From Candidatus Zixiibacteriota bacterium (lineage in GTDB: Bacteria > UBP14 > UBA6098 > JBKHBT01), in NCBI GenBank assembly GCA_046542255.1, contig JBKHBT010000001.1:41627-105626 (forward strand): a stretch of DNA of 64,000 bases, read 5' to 3'. Below the pieces are notes generated by a model that saw nothing but the letters and a program-made list of their open reading frames with translations, did not search any database and had not been told where the DNA came from. Each line of letters starts with the position of its first letter. Positions within the stretch are counted from its first letter, which is position 1. Position numbers and translations under genes: made by a program. Shown one piece after another: positions 29,268 to 38,824 of this stretch.

Positions 29268-32200
29268 TCAGAAAATTGAAGTGCTATAGTTTACCCATAC
29301 GTTTTCTTCAGCCATAAGGCTTTTGGCTTCCTGGATTAGTTCTTTTTGAGTACAAATCTCTACTATACGTACTCGGGCTTTCTTGAAGTTATTTTTTGTT
29401 TGCACATGCAAAATGACAGGTATCTTGCCAGGATATTTTTTCAAGATTTCCAGAAGCTCCTCTTGTATCTCACGGTTGTGAATTTTTGTATCGATCCTGA
29501 TATGAAGCTGTTGGGCAAGCCTTTGGTGAATTCCCTGGAGAGACGCTATCTTTTCTATGGATATTTCGATACCGCCTCTTTGTTCGAGCTGGCCCTGCAT
29601 AATATAAAGCTCTCCGGATTGCACCTTCACTTTTTGCATCTTATATGCCCGTGGATAGAGCTTGAATGTGATGCTGCCTGTTTCATCCTCCAGAGTACCA
29701 TAGGACATTGGATGGCCTTTTTTGGTTTTTGTTACTCTGTAATCGGTAACCTGTCCGGCAATTGTTACTATTCTGCCATCGCCAACTTCTTCGAGAAGGT
29801 CGATTCGTATGGCCTGAATCATCTCGAGTATTTTTGTATAGCCTTCTAAAGGATGGCCGGATTGGAAAAATCCAAGAGCATTTTTTTCATTTTTGAGGTA
29901 TTCGGCCAGTTCCCATTCTGGTTTATCGGTAACATCGGGATATTCATCCTTTTTGTCCATAGCGCCGATATCGAAAAATGTAAGCTGCATATCGGATTTT
30001 TTAGCATTCTCCTGTGCAAATTTGATTGCTCTATCGGCATGGTTGGCCAGAGCAGCGCGGCTTAGGCCGAAATCATCCAGCGCACCCGCGTAGATAAGAT
30101 TCAAAAGCGAGCGAGAATTCAGGCCAAATTTTGCGCTCCGGTCGCAGAATTCATATAATCCGGGAAAATCCCCCTTTTCTTCGCGATCTTTGATAATCTG
30201 TTTTGCTGTCTCTTCACCAAGACTTTTAATTGCACCCAGTCCAAAACGTATTTTGCCTTTTTCGACAGAAAAGTCCCAAAAGCTATTATTTATCGAAGGC
30301 TTAAGGATTTCTATCCCAAGGCGTTTGATATCGTCGAGCAATATCTGAAGGCGATCGGCACGGCTGACAAAGCTGGTAAGGTTTGCTGCTGTAAATTCAA
30401 CTGGATAATAGCATTTTAGCCATGCTGTTTGATAGGCCAGTATCGCATAAGCAGCAGAATGGGATTTATTGAATCCATATTCGGCAAACTTATTTATAAA
30501 TTCGAAAAGCTTCTCGACAAATTTTTTCTTATAGCCCTTTTTGACAGCCCTTTCGATGAATACTTTTCTCTGGTCTTCCATGAGTTTTATCTTCTTTTTG
30601 CCCATAGCGCGACGAAGAATATCGGCCTCGCCAAGAGAGAAACCGCCGATTTTCTGTGCAATTCTCATCACCTGCTCCTGATAGATGATTATTCCCTGTG
30701 TGTCTTTCAGGATGGGTTCGAGGTCCTCATGAAGAAATTCCACATCTTCTTCGCCATGCTTACGGCTGATATAGAGTGGAATATTGCCCATCGGCCCAGG
30801 GCGGTATAGAGCATTCATAGCGATAAGGTCTTCTATCGAGTCGGGCTTTAGCTGCATGAGATAGCGAGTCATGCCGTCTGATTCGAATTGGAATAGCCCG
30901 GTTGTATTGCCATCGGCAAATATTTTGAATACCTTTTGGTCCTCCTGGTCGATGGCGCGTATATCGACATCCTCATCGGATGTATATTTGATCTGCTTTA
31001 TCGTATCATCGATGACAGTAAGAGTCCGAAGGCCCAAAAAGTCCATCTTGAGAAGGCCAAGCTCTTCCACATAGTCTTTATCGATCTGTGTTGCCACATC
31101 TTTTTTGGAAGTAACAAATAGCGGTACAAAATCGGTAGTCGGCCCGGGAGTGATAACCACTCCAGCAGCATGAATCGAAGTATGCCGCGGAAGGCCTTCG
31201 ATCCTTTTGGCAAAATCGAATAATTTGTGCATGTCATGCTTTTTGATGAATTCTTCCATCTCGGGATTCTCTTCATAGGCTTGTTGAAGCTTTGCATTTT
31301 CGGGTATGAGTTTGGCGAGCTTATTCATATCATCGAAGCTATAACCGAGCGCCCTGCCGACATCTTTCAATGCGGCGCGAGCCTTCATCTTTCCGAATGT
31401 AGCGATATGTGCGACCGATTCATCGCCATATTTCTCGCGGACATAGTCAATTACCAGTTCTCTTTTATTATCGGAGAAATCGATATCGAAATCCGGCATC
31501 GATTGCCTTTCGGGATTGAGAAATCTTTCGAATAGCAATTCATACTTCAAGGGGTCAAAGTCTGTAATTTCCATGCAATATGCCACCAGCGAACCGCCAC
31601 CGCTACCACGTCCCGGCCCAACTGAGATATTACGCTCGCGCGCTGCTTTGGTGAAATCGGCAACAATGGCAAAATAGCCGGGAAAGCCCATCTTTTCGAT
31701 GATATTAAGTTCATGCTCGAGCCTATCGAGATGCTTTTTCTCGACTTTTTTATATCTTTTATACAGTCCTTCTTTCGATTTTTCGCGAAGATATGTTTCC
31801 ACGTTACCGCCGCCAGGCACCGGAAATTCAGGAAAATGAAGTTTACCGAGTTCCATCTTGAAATCGATTTCATCGGCTATTTTTAAGGTGTTTTCGATTG
31901 CTTCTGGATAGTCTTTGAAAAGCTCGATCATCTCTTCTTGAGTCTTGAAATAGAATTCTTCATTCGCAAATTTGAGCCTATCTTTGTCTGATACCAGCTT
32001 CTTTGTGCCGACAGCCAGAAGCACATCATGATATTCTGCATCTTCGCGGTTTAGATAATGGCTGTCATTTGTAGCGACTATTCCGATCCCCATTTCTTTG
32101 GCGAGATTGGCCAGAGGCTCTATCGATTTGACTTCATCCTCGATGCCATGATTCATCAGCTCGATATAGAAATTTTCCCGGCCGAAAATATCCATATAAT

Positions 32201-32684
32201 CTCTGGCGGAATTTTTGGCTTCATCGATTCTATTGTATCTGATATGTTCATTCACCTCGCCCTTAAGACAGGCAGAAAGTGCAATAAGGCCTTCGGAATG
32301 TTCGCGCAGGGTCTTCTTATCCAATCGTGGTTTGAAATAGAAGCCCTCGGTATATGCGATACTCGAAAGCCAGATGAGATTTTCCCAGCCTTTCTGATTT
32401 TTCGCAAGAATCACCAGATGATTAAGATTTGGTGGCCGCCCATCGATATATGCTTTATGGTACATATCGCCGGGTGCGATATAGAATTCCTGGCCAATAA
32501 TCGGCTTTATGCCAGCCTTATCAGCAGTCTTGAAAAAATGAACCGCTCCGAAAAGATTGCCATGGTCGGTCATCGTAACGGCAGGCATATCAAGCTCTTT
32601 AGCGCGTTCGACCAATTCGTTGATACGACATGCGCCGTCCAAAAGGCTATATTCGGTGTGATTGTGAAGATGCACAAAATTCAT
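29268..32684 (-). CDS. dnaE: DNA polymerase III alpha subunit
   Basis: PHP domain start MNFVHLHNHTEYSLLDGA. Polymerase core, OB-fold and C-terminal region all present. Start set at the ATG at 32682-32684, not at the upstream in-frame extension in the ORF track. Confidence 0.93.
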   Translation of the reverse strand: MNFVHLHNHTEYSLLDGACRINELVERAKELDMPAVTMTDHGNLFGAVHFFKTADKAGIKPIIGQEFYIAPGDMYHKAYIDGRPPNLNHLVILAKNQKGWENLIWLSSIAYTEGFYFKPRLDKKTLREHSEGLIALSACLKGEVNEHIRYNRIDEAKNSARDYMDIFGRENFYIELMNHGIEDEVKSIEPLANLAKEMGIGIVATNDSHYLNREDAEYHDVLLAVGTKKLVSDKDRLKFANEEFYFKTQEEMIELFKDYPEAIENTLKIADEIDFKMELGKLHFPEFPVPGGGNVETYLREKSKEGLYKRYKKVEKKHLDRLEHELNIIEKMGFPGYFAIVADFTKAARERNISVGPGRGSGGGSLVAYCMEITDFDPLKYELLFERFLNPERQSMPDFDIDFSDNKRELVIDYVREKYGDESVAHIATFGKMKARAALKDVGRALGYSFDDMNKLAKLIPENAKLQQAYEENPEMEEFIKKHDMHKLFDFAKRIEGLPRHTSIHAAGVVITPGPTTDFVPLFVTSKKDVATQIDKDYVEELGLLKMDFLGLRTLTVIDDTIKQIKYTSDEDVDIRAIDQEDQKVFKIFADGNTTGLFQFESDGMTRYLMQLKPDSIEDLIAMNALYRPGPMGNIPLYISRKHGEEDVEFLHEDLEPILKDTQGIIIYQEQVMRIAQKIGGFSLGEADILRRAMGKKKIKLMEDQRKVFIERAVKKGYKKKFVEKLFEFINKFAEYGFNKSHSAAYAILAYQTAWLKCYYPVEFTAANLTSFVSRADRLQILLDDIKRLGIEILKPSINNSFWDFSVEKGKIRFGLGAIKSLGEETAKQIIKDREEKGDFPGLYEFCDRSAKFGLNSRSLLNLIYAGALDDFGLSRAALANHADRAIKFAQENAKKSDMQLTFFDIGAMDKKDEYPDVTDKPEWELAEYLKNEKNALGFFQSGHPLEGYTKILEMIQAIRIDLLEEVGDGRIVTIAGQVTDYRVTKTKKGHPMSYGTLEDETGSITFKLYPRAYKMQKVKVQSGELYIMQGQLEQRGGIEISIEKIASLQGIHQRLAQQLHIRIDTKIHNREIQEELLEILKKYPGKIPVILHVQTKNNFKKARVRIVEICTQKELIQEAKSLMAEENVWVNYSTSIF

Positions 32685-32730
32685 AGTGCACAATTTAATA
32701 TTTTTATCATTTTCAATCAAGCACTTTGAT

Positions 32731-32760
32731 AAAAAAAAGCCCTCTTCATCCGAAGAGGGC
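32731..32760 (-). terminator. Intrinsic terminator (minus strand) downstream of the Lrp/AsnC-like gene
   Basis: Perfect 9-bp GC-rich stem gccctcttc/gaagagggc (32739-32747 / 32752-32760) with a 4-nt loop. On the minus strand it is followed by an 8-nt U-tract (plus-strand A8 at 32731-32738). Confidence 0.6.
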
Positions 32761-32784
32761 AAAGGAGATAAAAAAGCGAATAGA

Positions 32785-33036
32785 TTATTGGCCGCTGTCA
32801 GAATTGAAGGCAAAGCAGGTGACAGTGCGAGTAACACCTTCTGTTTTTCTGATATTGTAAATATGGTCTTTCAAAAGCTCGATATTGTCATCCTCGACAT
32901 AACAAATAATGTCATGAAGACCTGTAACGACTCTCGAATGATAGACAAAGTCTTTCTGCATCAAATCATTGTGAACCATAAGCTCGGTTCCAGATTTAAC
33001 ATTGATCAAAAGGTATGCTCCGGGTTTCATATACAT
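32785..33036 (-). CDS. Stand-alone Lrp/AsnC-type ligand-binding (RAM) domain protein
   Basis: 83 aa. GAYLLINVKSGTELMVHNDLMQ…VVTGLHDIICYVEDDNIELLKDHIYNIRKTEGVTRTVT follows the beta-alpha-beta-beta-alpha-beta RAM-domain pattern of AsnC-family C-termini. There is no HTH. Confidence 0.55.
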   Translation of the reverse strand: MYMKPGAYLLINVKSGTELMVHNDLMQKDFVYHSRVVTGLHDIICYVEDDNIELLKDHIYNIRKTEGVTRTVTCFAFNSDSGQ

Positions 33037-33305
33037 CCTCCTTTGATTTGGTATTCCCCAGTTTGCTTTAATTTAATCATTCTCTAATAATAATGCACAT
33101 ACAATGGCTGAAAGTCAATAATTTTTTTAATTAGAGTTTCCAGCCGATTATTTTGAGTAGAATAGATTAAATATTGGAAAAACAGTAAGCTATTGATTTA
33201 GGAATATTGTTAGATTCACCTAAATGTTGCTCAAATAACAGACAATGTATGATCCCGCGCGGATTTAATTTAAACATCAATAAAAAGTGTTAAAAATTCT
33301 TATTG

Positions 33306-33428
33306 CTCTTTTAAAGCCATATATATATAACACATATATAATACTTAATACATATACTCAAAAGGCTTTACTGATGTTTTAGCCTGAAAAGTATGACAAT
33401 GCGGAACAGCGCATTGTCTGGATTAACC
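33306..33428. repeat. Copy A of a ~120-bp repeat element. It is inverted relative to copy B and contains the 9-bp-stem hairpin gacaatgcg-N6-cgcattgtc at 33395..33418
   Basis: The reverse complement of 33306-33428 aligns with 47921-48038 at about 90% identity. Differences are mainly indels in the (TA)n-rich tract. Confidence 0.8.
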
Positions 33429-33606
33429 TTTTATGGGCTCTACATTATCATTATCCCTTGCATAAGTTTTTGTGGTTTTTTCCTTTTCTATATATTCAGT
33501 GGAATTATATTAAATTCAATGTGAATGCCTTTAGAAGAAATTATGAAAGAAAACGATTGATTTTAGGTGATTTATAGCATATTTTACATCATTGTAAACT
33601 TATAGG

Positions 33607-34746
33607 ATGGGAAAAATGTGTCCAAGTTATGATGAGACAAGCGCAATAAGTAAGGTTCGGTATCTACAAAATACCAGTGCGGTCGAAGAACAATTAAATA
33701 AAAATTATGCCATTATCTATAATACCGCTGTCGATATAATGGATGTTGACAGCCTTGTTCTTTTTAAGTTTGACCGTAAAAAACAAGAGTTATATTCTGT
33801 AAAATACAAACTTGCCGGCCTCGAGTTTCGAATGAGCATCAATGAAGGCGTTACAGGATGGGTTTTCAGGACAGGAAAACCAGCGATTGTGAATAATCCT
33901 AAAGACGATCACCGATACTATCCACATTTCGATAGAAGATTTGAACTCGATACAAGAAATCTTCTTGCAGTCCCTATAAAGAATTCTTCTAATAAGCCAA
34001 TTGGTGTTTTGGTATTTGCTAATAAAAAAGGCGACTTTGACCAGGAAGACCTGGAATTGGCAGAGTCACTCGCTGGGCATATGAGTATTACTTTCGAGAA
34101 TGCAATTTTATACGAAGATCTAATTTTGACCTTCGAGAGCCTGGTCAATGTACTGGCATTTACTATCGATGAACGGCATAAGATTTCCAGTGGACATTCT
34201 CATAGGGTAGCCGAATATTCCGAGAAAATTGCTCAAAAAATCGGTCTAAATCAACATGAAACCGGCCTTATATGGCTTTCTGCTATGCTTCATGATTATG
34301 GCAAAATCAGCATACCCGACAAGGTACTTCGCAAAGAAGGCCAGCTCGATGAAAAAGAGATGGAACTTATGAAAAAACATGCAAAAAGTACTTATGATAT
34401 GCTTAATCGAGTTTATTTCAATGAACAAATGTCCAAGATTCCGGAGATCGCTGCCTATCATCACGAGCGAATAGATGGCAAGGGCTATCCATTTGGCCTT
34501 ATGGGAGATCAGATACCCCTTGGCGCTAAAATTATTGCTGTTGCAGATGTTTACGATGCTATGACAAGCTGGCGCGAATACCATGACCCATATTCCAGAG
34601 AAATTGCTGTAAAAGAGCTAATCGATGGCAAAGGGACTAAATTCGATGCCAAAGTTGTAGAAGCTTTCACCGATTTACTCGAAAGCGGCGAGCTGGACCA
34701 GATTGAAAAAAGAGCGACTAATTTTCATAAGGTTAATAATCTTTAA
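33607..34746 (+). CDS. GAF-domain HD-GYP phosphodiesterase (c-di-GMP signalling)
   Basis: 379 aa. N-terminal GAF-like domain. HD motif in LSAMLHDYGKISIP. HHERIDGKGYPFGL is the HD-GYP signature. Confidence 0.8.
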   Translation: MGKMCPSYDETSAISKVRYLQNTSAVEEQLNKNYAIIYNTAVDIMDVDSLVLFKFDRKKQELYSVKYKLAGLEFRMSINEGVTGWVFRTGKPAIVNNPKDDHRYYPHFDRRFELDTRNLLAVPIKNSSNKPIGVLVFANKKGDFDQEDLELAESLAGHMSITFENAILYEDLILTFESLVNVLAFTIDERHKISSGHSHRVAEYSEKIAQKIGLNQHETGLIWLSAMLHDYGKISIPDKVLRKEGQLDEKEMELMKKHAKSTYDMLNRVYFNEQMSKIPEIAAYHHERIDGKGYPFGLMGDQIPLGAKIIAVADVYDAMTSWREYHDPYSREIAVKELIDGKGTKFDAKVVEAFTDLLESGELDQIEKRATNFHKVNNL

Positions 34747-34850
34747 TACCCAGATTCAGTGTTAACCTGAAGTTCCACAATCATTTCAACAGCAAACCCA
34801 ATTTATTTTACCAAAAATATCAATATATTTACTTTTAATATTTGATAATG

Positions 34851-35501
34851 TCAAGAACCCGGAAAAGCAACTGGTTGAGTGATGATTATATTTTGATGAC
34901 CCTCGAGTTGCATCTTTTTGGCGAGCCCATCTTTGTTAACCATGCCGAGAGCGACAGTGGAAAGGCCTTCTGATGCACAAAAAAGATAGACATTCTGGCT
35001 GATATACCCCGTATTTATCGCAGAATAGAAGTCCTTATTTTTCTGAGGTATCGAACCCATTTTTTTGTAATCGGCAACGAATACCAAACAAACAGGGGCA
35101 TCTTTTGTGAAGCCCTGAAGCCCGGTTTTATTGCGAATATCCTCGCTATGAATTTTTCTAAGGCTATGGCTTTCTGCATCATAAAGATAAAGGCCATCCT
35201 CCATTGCGGCATAAATATCGATCTCTTGCCAGTTTCTTGCAGATGGAGCAGTCCTTTTGCCAGAGTCATCGCGATTTACGCCGAAAGCTGCCCAGAGAAG
35301 ATTCGAAAGCATTTGCTCGGATAGGGCTTTATCCTGAAAATCCCGATTTGTTTTTCTTTCTGATAGCGCCTGCATAAGAGGTTTGCCACCAGTTTTGTCA
35401 GGTTTTGGTAAATCCATAGAGAATACTGGATTAATGTAAACAAGGAATAATAAAACGTATAAAATACCATTTCTGATAGGGTAAAACATACCGCACCTCA
35501 C
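34851..35501 (-). CDS. Secreted nitroreductase-superfamily protein (SagB/ThcOx-like)
   Basis: Signal peptide, likely from the ATG at 35489. …RKTNRDFQDKALSEQMLSNLLWAAFGVNR…TAPSARNWQEIDIYAAMEDGLYLYD matches the nitroreductase-like fold pattern. Confidence 0.5.
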   Translation of the reverse strand: MRCGMFYPIRNGILYVLLFLVYINPVFSMDLPKPDKTGGKPLMQALSERKTNRDFQDKALSEQMLSNLLWAAFGVNRDDSGKRTAPSARNWQEIDIYAAMEDGLYLYDAESHSLRKIHSEDIRNKTGLQGFTKDAPVCLVFVADYKKMGSIPQKNKDFYSAINTGYISQNVYLFCASEGLSTVALGMVNKDGLAKKMQLEGHQNIIITQPVAFPGS

Positions 35502-35885
35502 TTAACTTAATAGATTTGAAATATACAAAATTACCTGCAGGCTTATTATAAACATAATTCTCAGAAAACACAAGCTTCAAATTATTTTGAAAAATATTGA
35601 AACATTCTTGTGTTTCAAAGCTTATAGTATTAGTATAAGAATCTTCTTAGGCAAGGTTAAATGGGCTAGTAATAGCCCTGGGGTTAGGGTCGCTTTTTTT
35701 AGCGGCTCTTTTTTTTGTTCAAAAATAGTGCACATTATCTGTGAAGCAAATAAAAAGATGCACAAAACAGTTGCCTTATTAGTAAGTCATAAATCATAAA
35801 GCCTTTAATCACGGTGTTTATATCAATTGGCACGAAGTTTGCTATTATCTAAAGTGGAAATGAAAACTGAGATTTTGGAGGTATC

Positions 35886-36782
35886 ATGAAACGATCGATT
35901 TTGAAAATATCGCTCGCACTAATTATAGTTTCAGCATTTTTCTTCACCGGCTGCGACACATGCGTAAATTGCAATGACCGATATGATGATTGCTGCGATG
36001 AAGACTATTATCCACCGCCTGTTCCCTATGATGTCTATACCACTACCTATGATGGCTTCATAGAGATCGATTGGCATCCGATCTATTCCAGCGATTTTGA
36101 TTATTATAGAGTTTGGCGCGGTTACTATGAAAGTGGAGAATACACACTCATAGGCGAAACATCCACTGCATTCTTCACAGATTATAATGTCAGAAATGGC
36201 CAGACTTACTATTATGCAATCAGCTCTGTCGATTATTGGGGCAATGAAAGCGAAATGTCATATGAAATCATCTACGACACGCCTAGGCCAGAAGGCCATA
36301 GATATACAATCTATAGCGGTGATTTGTATCCTGAGTCATCTGGTTTTGACTTCTCGGAGAGATATGTCGTACCCTGGGATGATGTAAACTGCGATGTATT
36401 CTTCAGCTATGATAGCGATATCGAAGAGTTCTATCTTCAGGCCGGAAACGATATGACAGATATTATGGACTATGGCTATACAAGTGATCTTCAGGATGTC
36501 GATTTTGCCCCGGAGACAGGATGGGACCCGGAAGGCTGGGAAATTGCACAGAGAGGCCATTCCTATATCATATGGACATCCGATAATCATTTCGCACATC
36601 TGCGAATAACCAGCATGTACGATGACAGGATCATATTCGACTGGGCCTATCAAACCGATACTGGCAATCCAGAGCTTTTCCACAGGACGGAGAAAGAATT
36701 GCCTGTTCGAGATATGATAACAGAAAGAACAATCGAAAGAAATAATAACTATTCAGAAAATATCACCATGGAGGAAAAATGA
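35886..36782 (+). CDS. Lipoprotein with fibronectin-III-like domain
   Basis: 298 aa. Signal plus FFFTGC lipobox. Cys-rich stretch (CDTCVNCNDRYDDCCDED). FN3-like YRVWRG…TAFFTDYNVRNGQTYYYAISSVDYWGNES. GGAGG RBS. Confidence 0.5.
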   Translation: MKRSILKISLALIIVSAFFFTGCDTCVNCNDRYDDCCDEDYYPPPVPYDVYTTTYDGFIEIDWHPIYSSDFDYYRVWRGYYESGEYTLIGETSTAFFTDYNVRNGQTYYYAISSVDYWGNESEMSYEIIYDTPRPEGHRYTIYSGDLYPESSGFDFSERYVVPWDDVNCDVFFSYDSDIEEFYLQAGNDMTDIMDYGYTSDLQDVDFAPETGWDPEGWEIAQRGHSYIIWTSDNHFAHLRITSMYDDRIIFDWAYQTDTGNPELFHRTEKELPVRDMITERTIERNNNYSENITMEEK

Positions 36783-38137
36783 GACGCGCAATATTAATCG
36801 CAATAATTGCAATAGCTGCAATAATCCCAATCACGGCGCAGGCCGATTATGCCCTGATATTCCATTACTCGACCGGATCACCTTATGTCCCTTACTATCC
36901 TTATGTTTACACCGACTACGAATACTACTGGGACTACTATGACCTTATCGTAATGGATGATTTTTGGGATCCATTCCCTTGGTTTACTCGCCACTGGGTA
37001 AGGACTTACTATAGCCCCTGCGGATGGTATCGTTATCACTATTATGATTATCCATGCCATGGCTGCACGAGAGTCTATGTCAATGGCCGTTATCGCTATC
37101 GCTATCCAGAACCACGGCGAACCAGATATGTCCATCGAAGCTCGAATTATCCTACAAGGAGTGAAATAGTCCGCGAAAGATATGTCGAAAGGACAAGAAG
37201 TACTGCTCCTACAAGAACAGTTACCAGAACAAGGACGACTTCATCGACCAGAACACCGGAAACCAGAACAAGGACAACACCTGCGACCAGAACTACAGAT
37301 TCAAGGCTCTACAGAGAAGGCGAATCATCCAGCAGAACAGAATCTTATCCCGAAAATTTAAGCACAAGAAACCGTACTGAATCGAGAGCACACTCGACAG
37401 AATCCACAAGGGATATCACCCCCGATCGTAATGATGAAGTAACTTCGAGAAGGCCAAGCGAAATTGGTTCCAGCCCGAAAACTGCCACCAGTTATTCATT
37501 AGATGATACCGAAGAGCGTTCAAGCAGCCCTCGAGGAACAAATATCGACAGTAAAACACGAGATATAGAATCTGTTTCTGAAAAACCAGAAAAGCCCACC
37601 AGCATTTCCAGAGAATCTTCGGCCGCTAATATCGATAATTCCAATAGAGCAAATGTCAAAGAAGAAAGCGAAACTTCTGATGGGGGCTGGGAAGAATACT
37701 ATCGTGGCAGGTCTTTCGAAAGAGAAGAGAAAAGAAGCTCAAGAACAATCGAAAAACCATCGACTTCGTCCAGAGCATCTTCGACGATATCAAGATCGCC
37801 AGCTCCAGAATCGAAATCATACACCCCTCCGTCTCCATCGAATTCTTCGCGAAGTATTTCCACTTCACCATCCAGCCGCTATGGCACAAAACCAATGAAA
37901 AGCTACGAAACCAAAGATGATGATGACGACAAAAAGAGCACGAAAAAATATATTGCTCCTTCAAAAAGCAAAAAGAAATCCACAAGTAGTAGCAGCTCAA
38001 AATATACACCAACATCCAGAAGCAAAACATCTGGGTCATCTTCCAATAGCTCCAGCAAATCGCCAGCTAGCAGAAGTACACGAGGTTCGAGCAGCAGTTC
38101 CAATTCCAGTTCATCACCCAGAACAAGGTCGAAATGA
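36779..38137 (+). CDS. Secreted intrinsically disordered protein: Tyr/Trp/Arg-rich N-domain, (T-R)n tract, Ser-rich tail
   Basis: 452 aa. Signal peptide. About 26 Tyr in the first ~118 mature residues (…PYVPYYPYVYTDYEYYWDYYDL…RYRYRYP…). Four Cys. Then RTRSTAPTRTVTRTRTTSSTRTPETRTRTTPATRTT. Then a long S/T/K/R-rich tail. Start overlaps the upstream gene stop (ATGA). Confidence 0.55.
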   Translation: MRRAILIAIIAIAAIIPITAQADYALIFHYSTGSPYVPYYPYVYTDYEYYWDYYDLIVMDDFWDPFPWFTRHWVRTYYSPCGWYRYHYYDYPCHGCTRVYVNGRYRYRYPEPRRTRYVHRSSNYPTRSEIVRERYVERTRSTAPTRTVTRTRTTSSTRTPETRTRTTPATRTTDSRLYREGESSSRTESYPENLSTRNRTESRAHSTESTRDITPDRNDEVTSRRPSEIGSSPKTATSYSLDDTEERSSSPRGTNIDSKTRDIESVSEKPEKPTSISRESSAANIDNSNRANVKEESETSDGGWEEYYRGRSFEREEKRSSRTIEKPSTSSRASSTISRSPAPESKSYTPPSPSNSSRSISTSPSSRYGTKPMKSYETKDDDDDKKSTKKYIAPSKSKKKSTSSSSSKYTPTSRSKTSGSSSNSSSKSPASRSTRGSSSSSNSSSSPRTRSK

Positions 38138-38292
38138 ATTCAAGAGAAATCGACATAATTGCAGAAGAAATTCTCCCATCAACGAATGCAGCTTCGCAGG
38201 CCACTGCGGAGCTGCAAAATTGCAAGCGAAAGGAGCCTCTCGAAAAATACTTGCAGCTAAAGATTTGTAATGATATATTCTAAGGAGATATT

Positions 38293-38808
38293 ATGAGTAC
38301 TAATAAAATAAACAGCTATTCGATAATCAAGATCCTAATACTTCTTTTTTTAGTATTAGCAGGAAGTATTTTTGCCGATGATGATGAGAACGATGACAAT
38401 AAATCATTTATCAAATGGCTTATGGAAGCATCGGATGAATCTTCATCCAGGAAAACAGCGAGAAGCAGCAATGGCGAATCCTATGACTATTTCCAGGATT
38501 CCAATGACAATGGTATCGATGACAGATTAGAGAAAGAACGCTCTAAAGATACCAATCCGACTAAACAGAGGAAGTCAATAATCAATTCAGAACCTTCAGG
38601 TAAGTCGATTGGTAAAGCAATTGAATCAGAAATTCGAAACTCATTAAGAGAAGACTCCCGGGAAGATGCTCCAGCACCTTCGATACGGAGAAAGGAAAGC
38701 CCCGGTTCTTCAAAAAACAGCAAAAGAACAATCAGCCCCTCCAAAACAAAAGATAAAAATTCCACATCGAATTCCGAAAACAAAAGCAAGAAAAAACGAA
38801 TAAAGTAA
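38293..38808 (+). CDS. Small secreted charged low-complexity protein
   Basis: 171 aa. Signal peptide. D/E/S/K-rich. GGAG RBS. No recognisable domain. Confidence 0.4.
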   Translation: MSTNKINSYSIIKILILLFLVLAGSIFADDDENDDNKSFIKWLMEASDESSSRKTARSSNGESYDYFQDSNDNGIDDRLEKERSKDTNPTKQRKSIINSEPSGKSIGKAIESEIRNSLREDSREDAPAPSIRRKESPGSSKNSKRTISPSKTKDKNSTSNSENKSKKKRIK

Positions 38809-38824
38809 ATATGATGGGAGAATA

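Noticed and set aside
32685-32837. 51-codon N-terminal extension of dnaE in the ORF track (MLLALSPALPSIL…)
   Set aside because: DnaE homologs begin at the PHP-domain motif MNFVHLHNHTEYS. The ATG at 32684 gives that start. The extension also overlaps the terminator hairpin at 32739-32760.
33251-33266. GC-rich near-palindrome atcccgcgcggat in an AT-rich region just outside repeat copy A
   Set aside because: Imperfect (odd extra C) and isolated. No second copy near repeat B. Insufficient to call a site.
34747-34850. ttcag-tgttaac-ctgaa hairpin between the convergent HD-GYP and nitroreductase-like genes as a bidirectional terminator
   Set aside because: The stem is only 5 bp and there is no flanking U-tract on either strand.
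35640-35720. tRNA-like or terminator-like structure (gggcta-gtaa-tagccc hairpin followed by two T-tracts) in the 35.5-35.9 kb intergenic region
   Set aside because: No cloverleaf can be drawn and no T-loop GTTCRANYC motif is present. The hairpin is short (6 bp). It may be a weak terminator or attenuator for the divergent genes, but is not confident enough to list.
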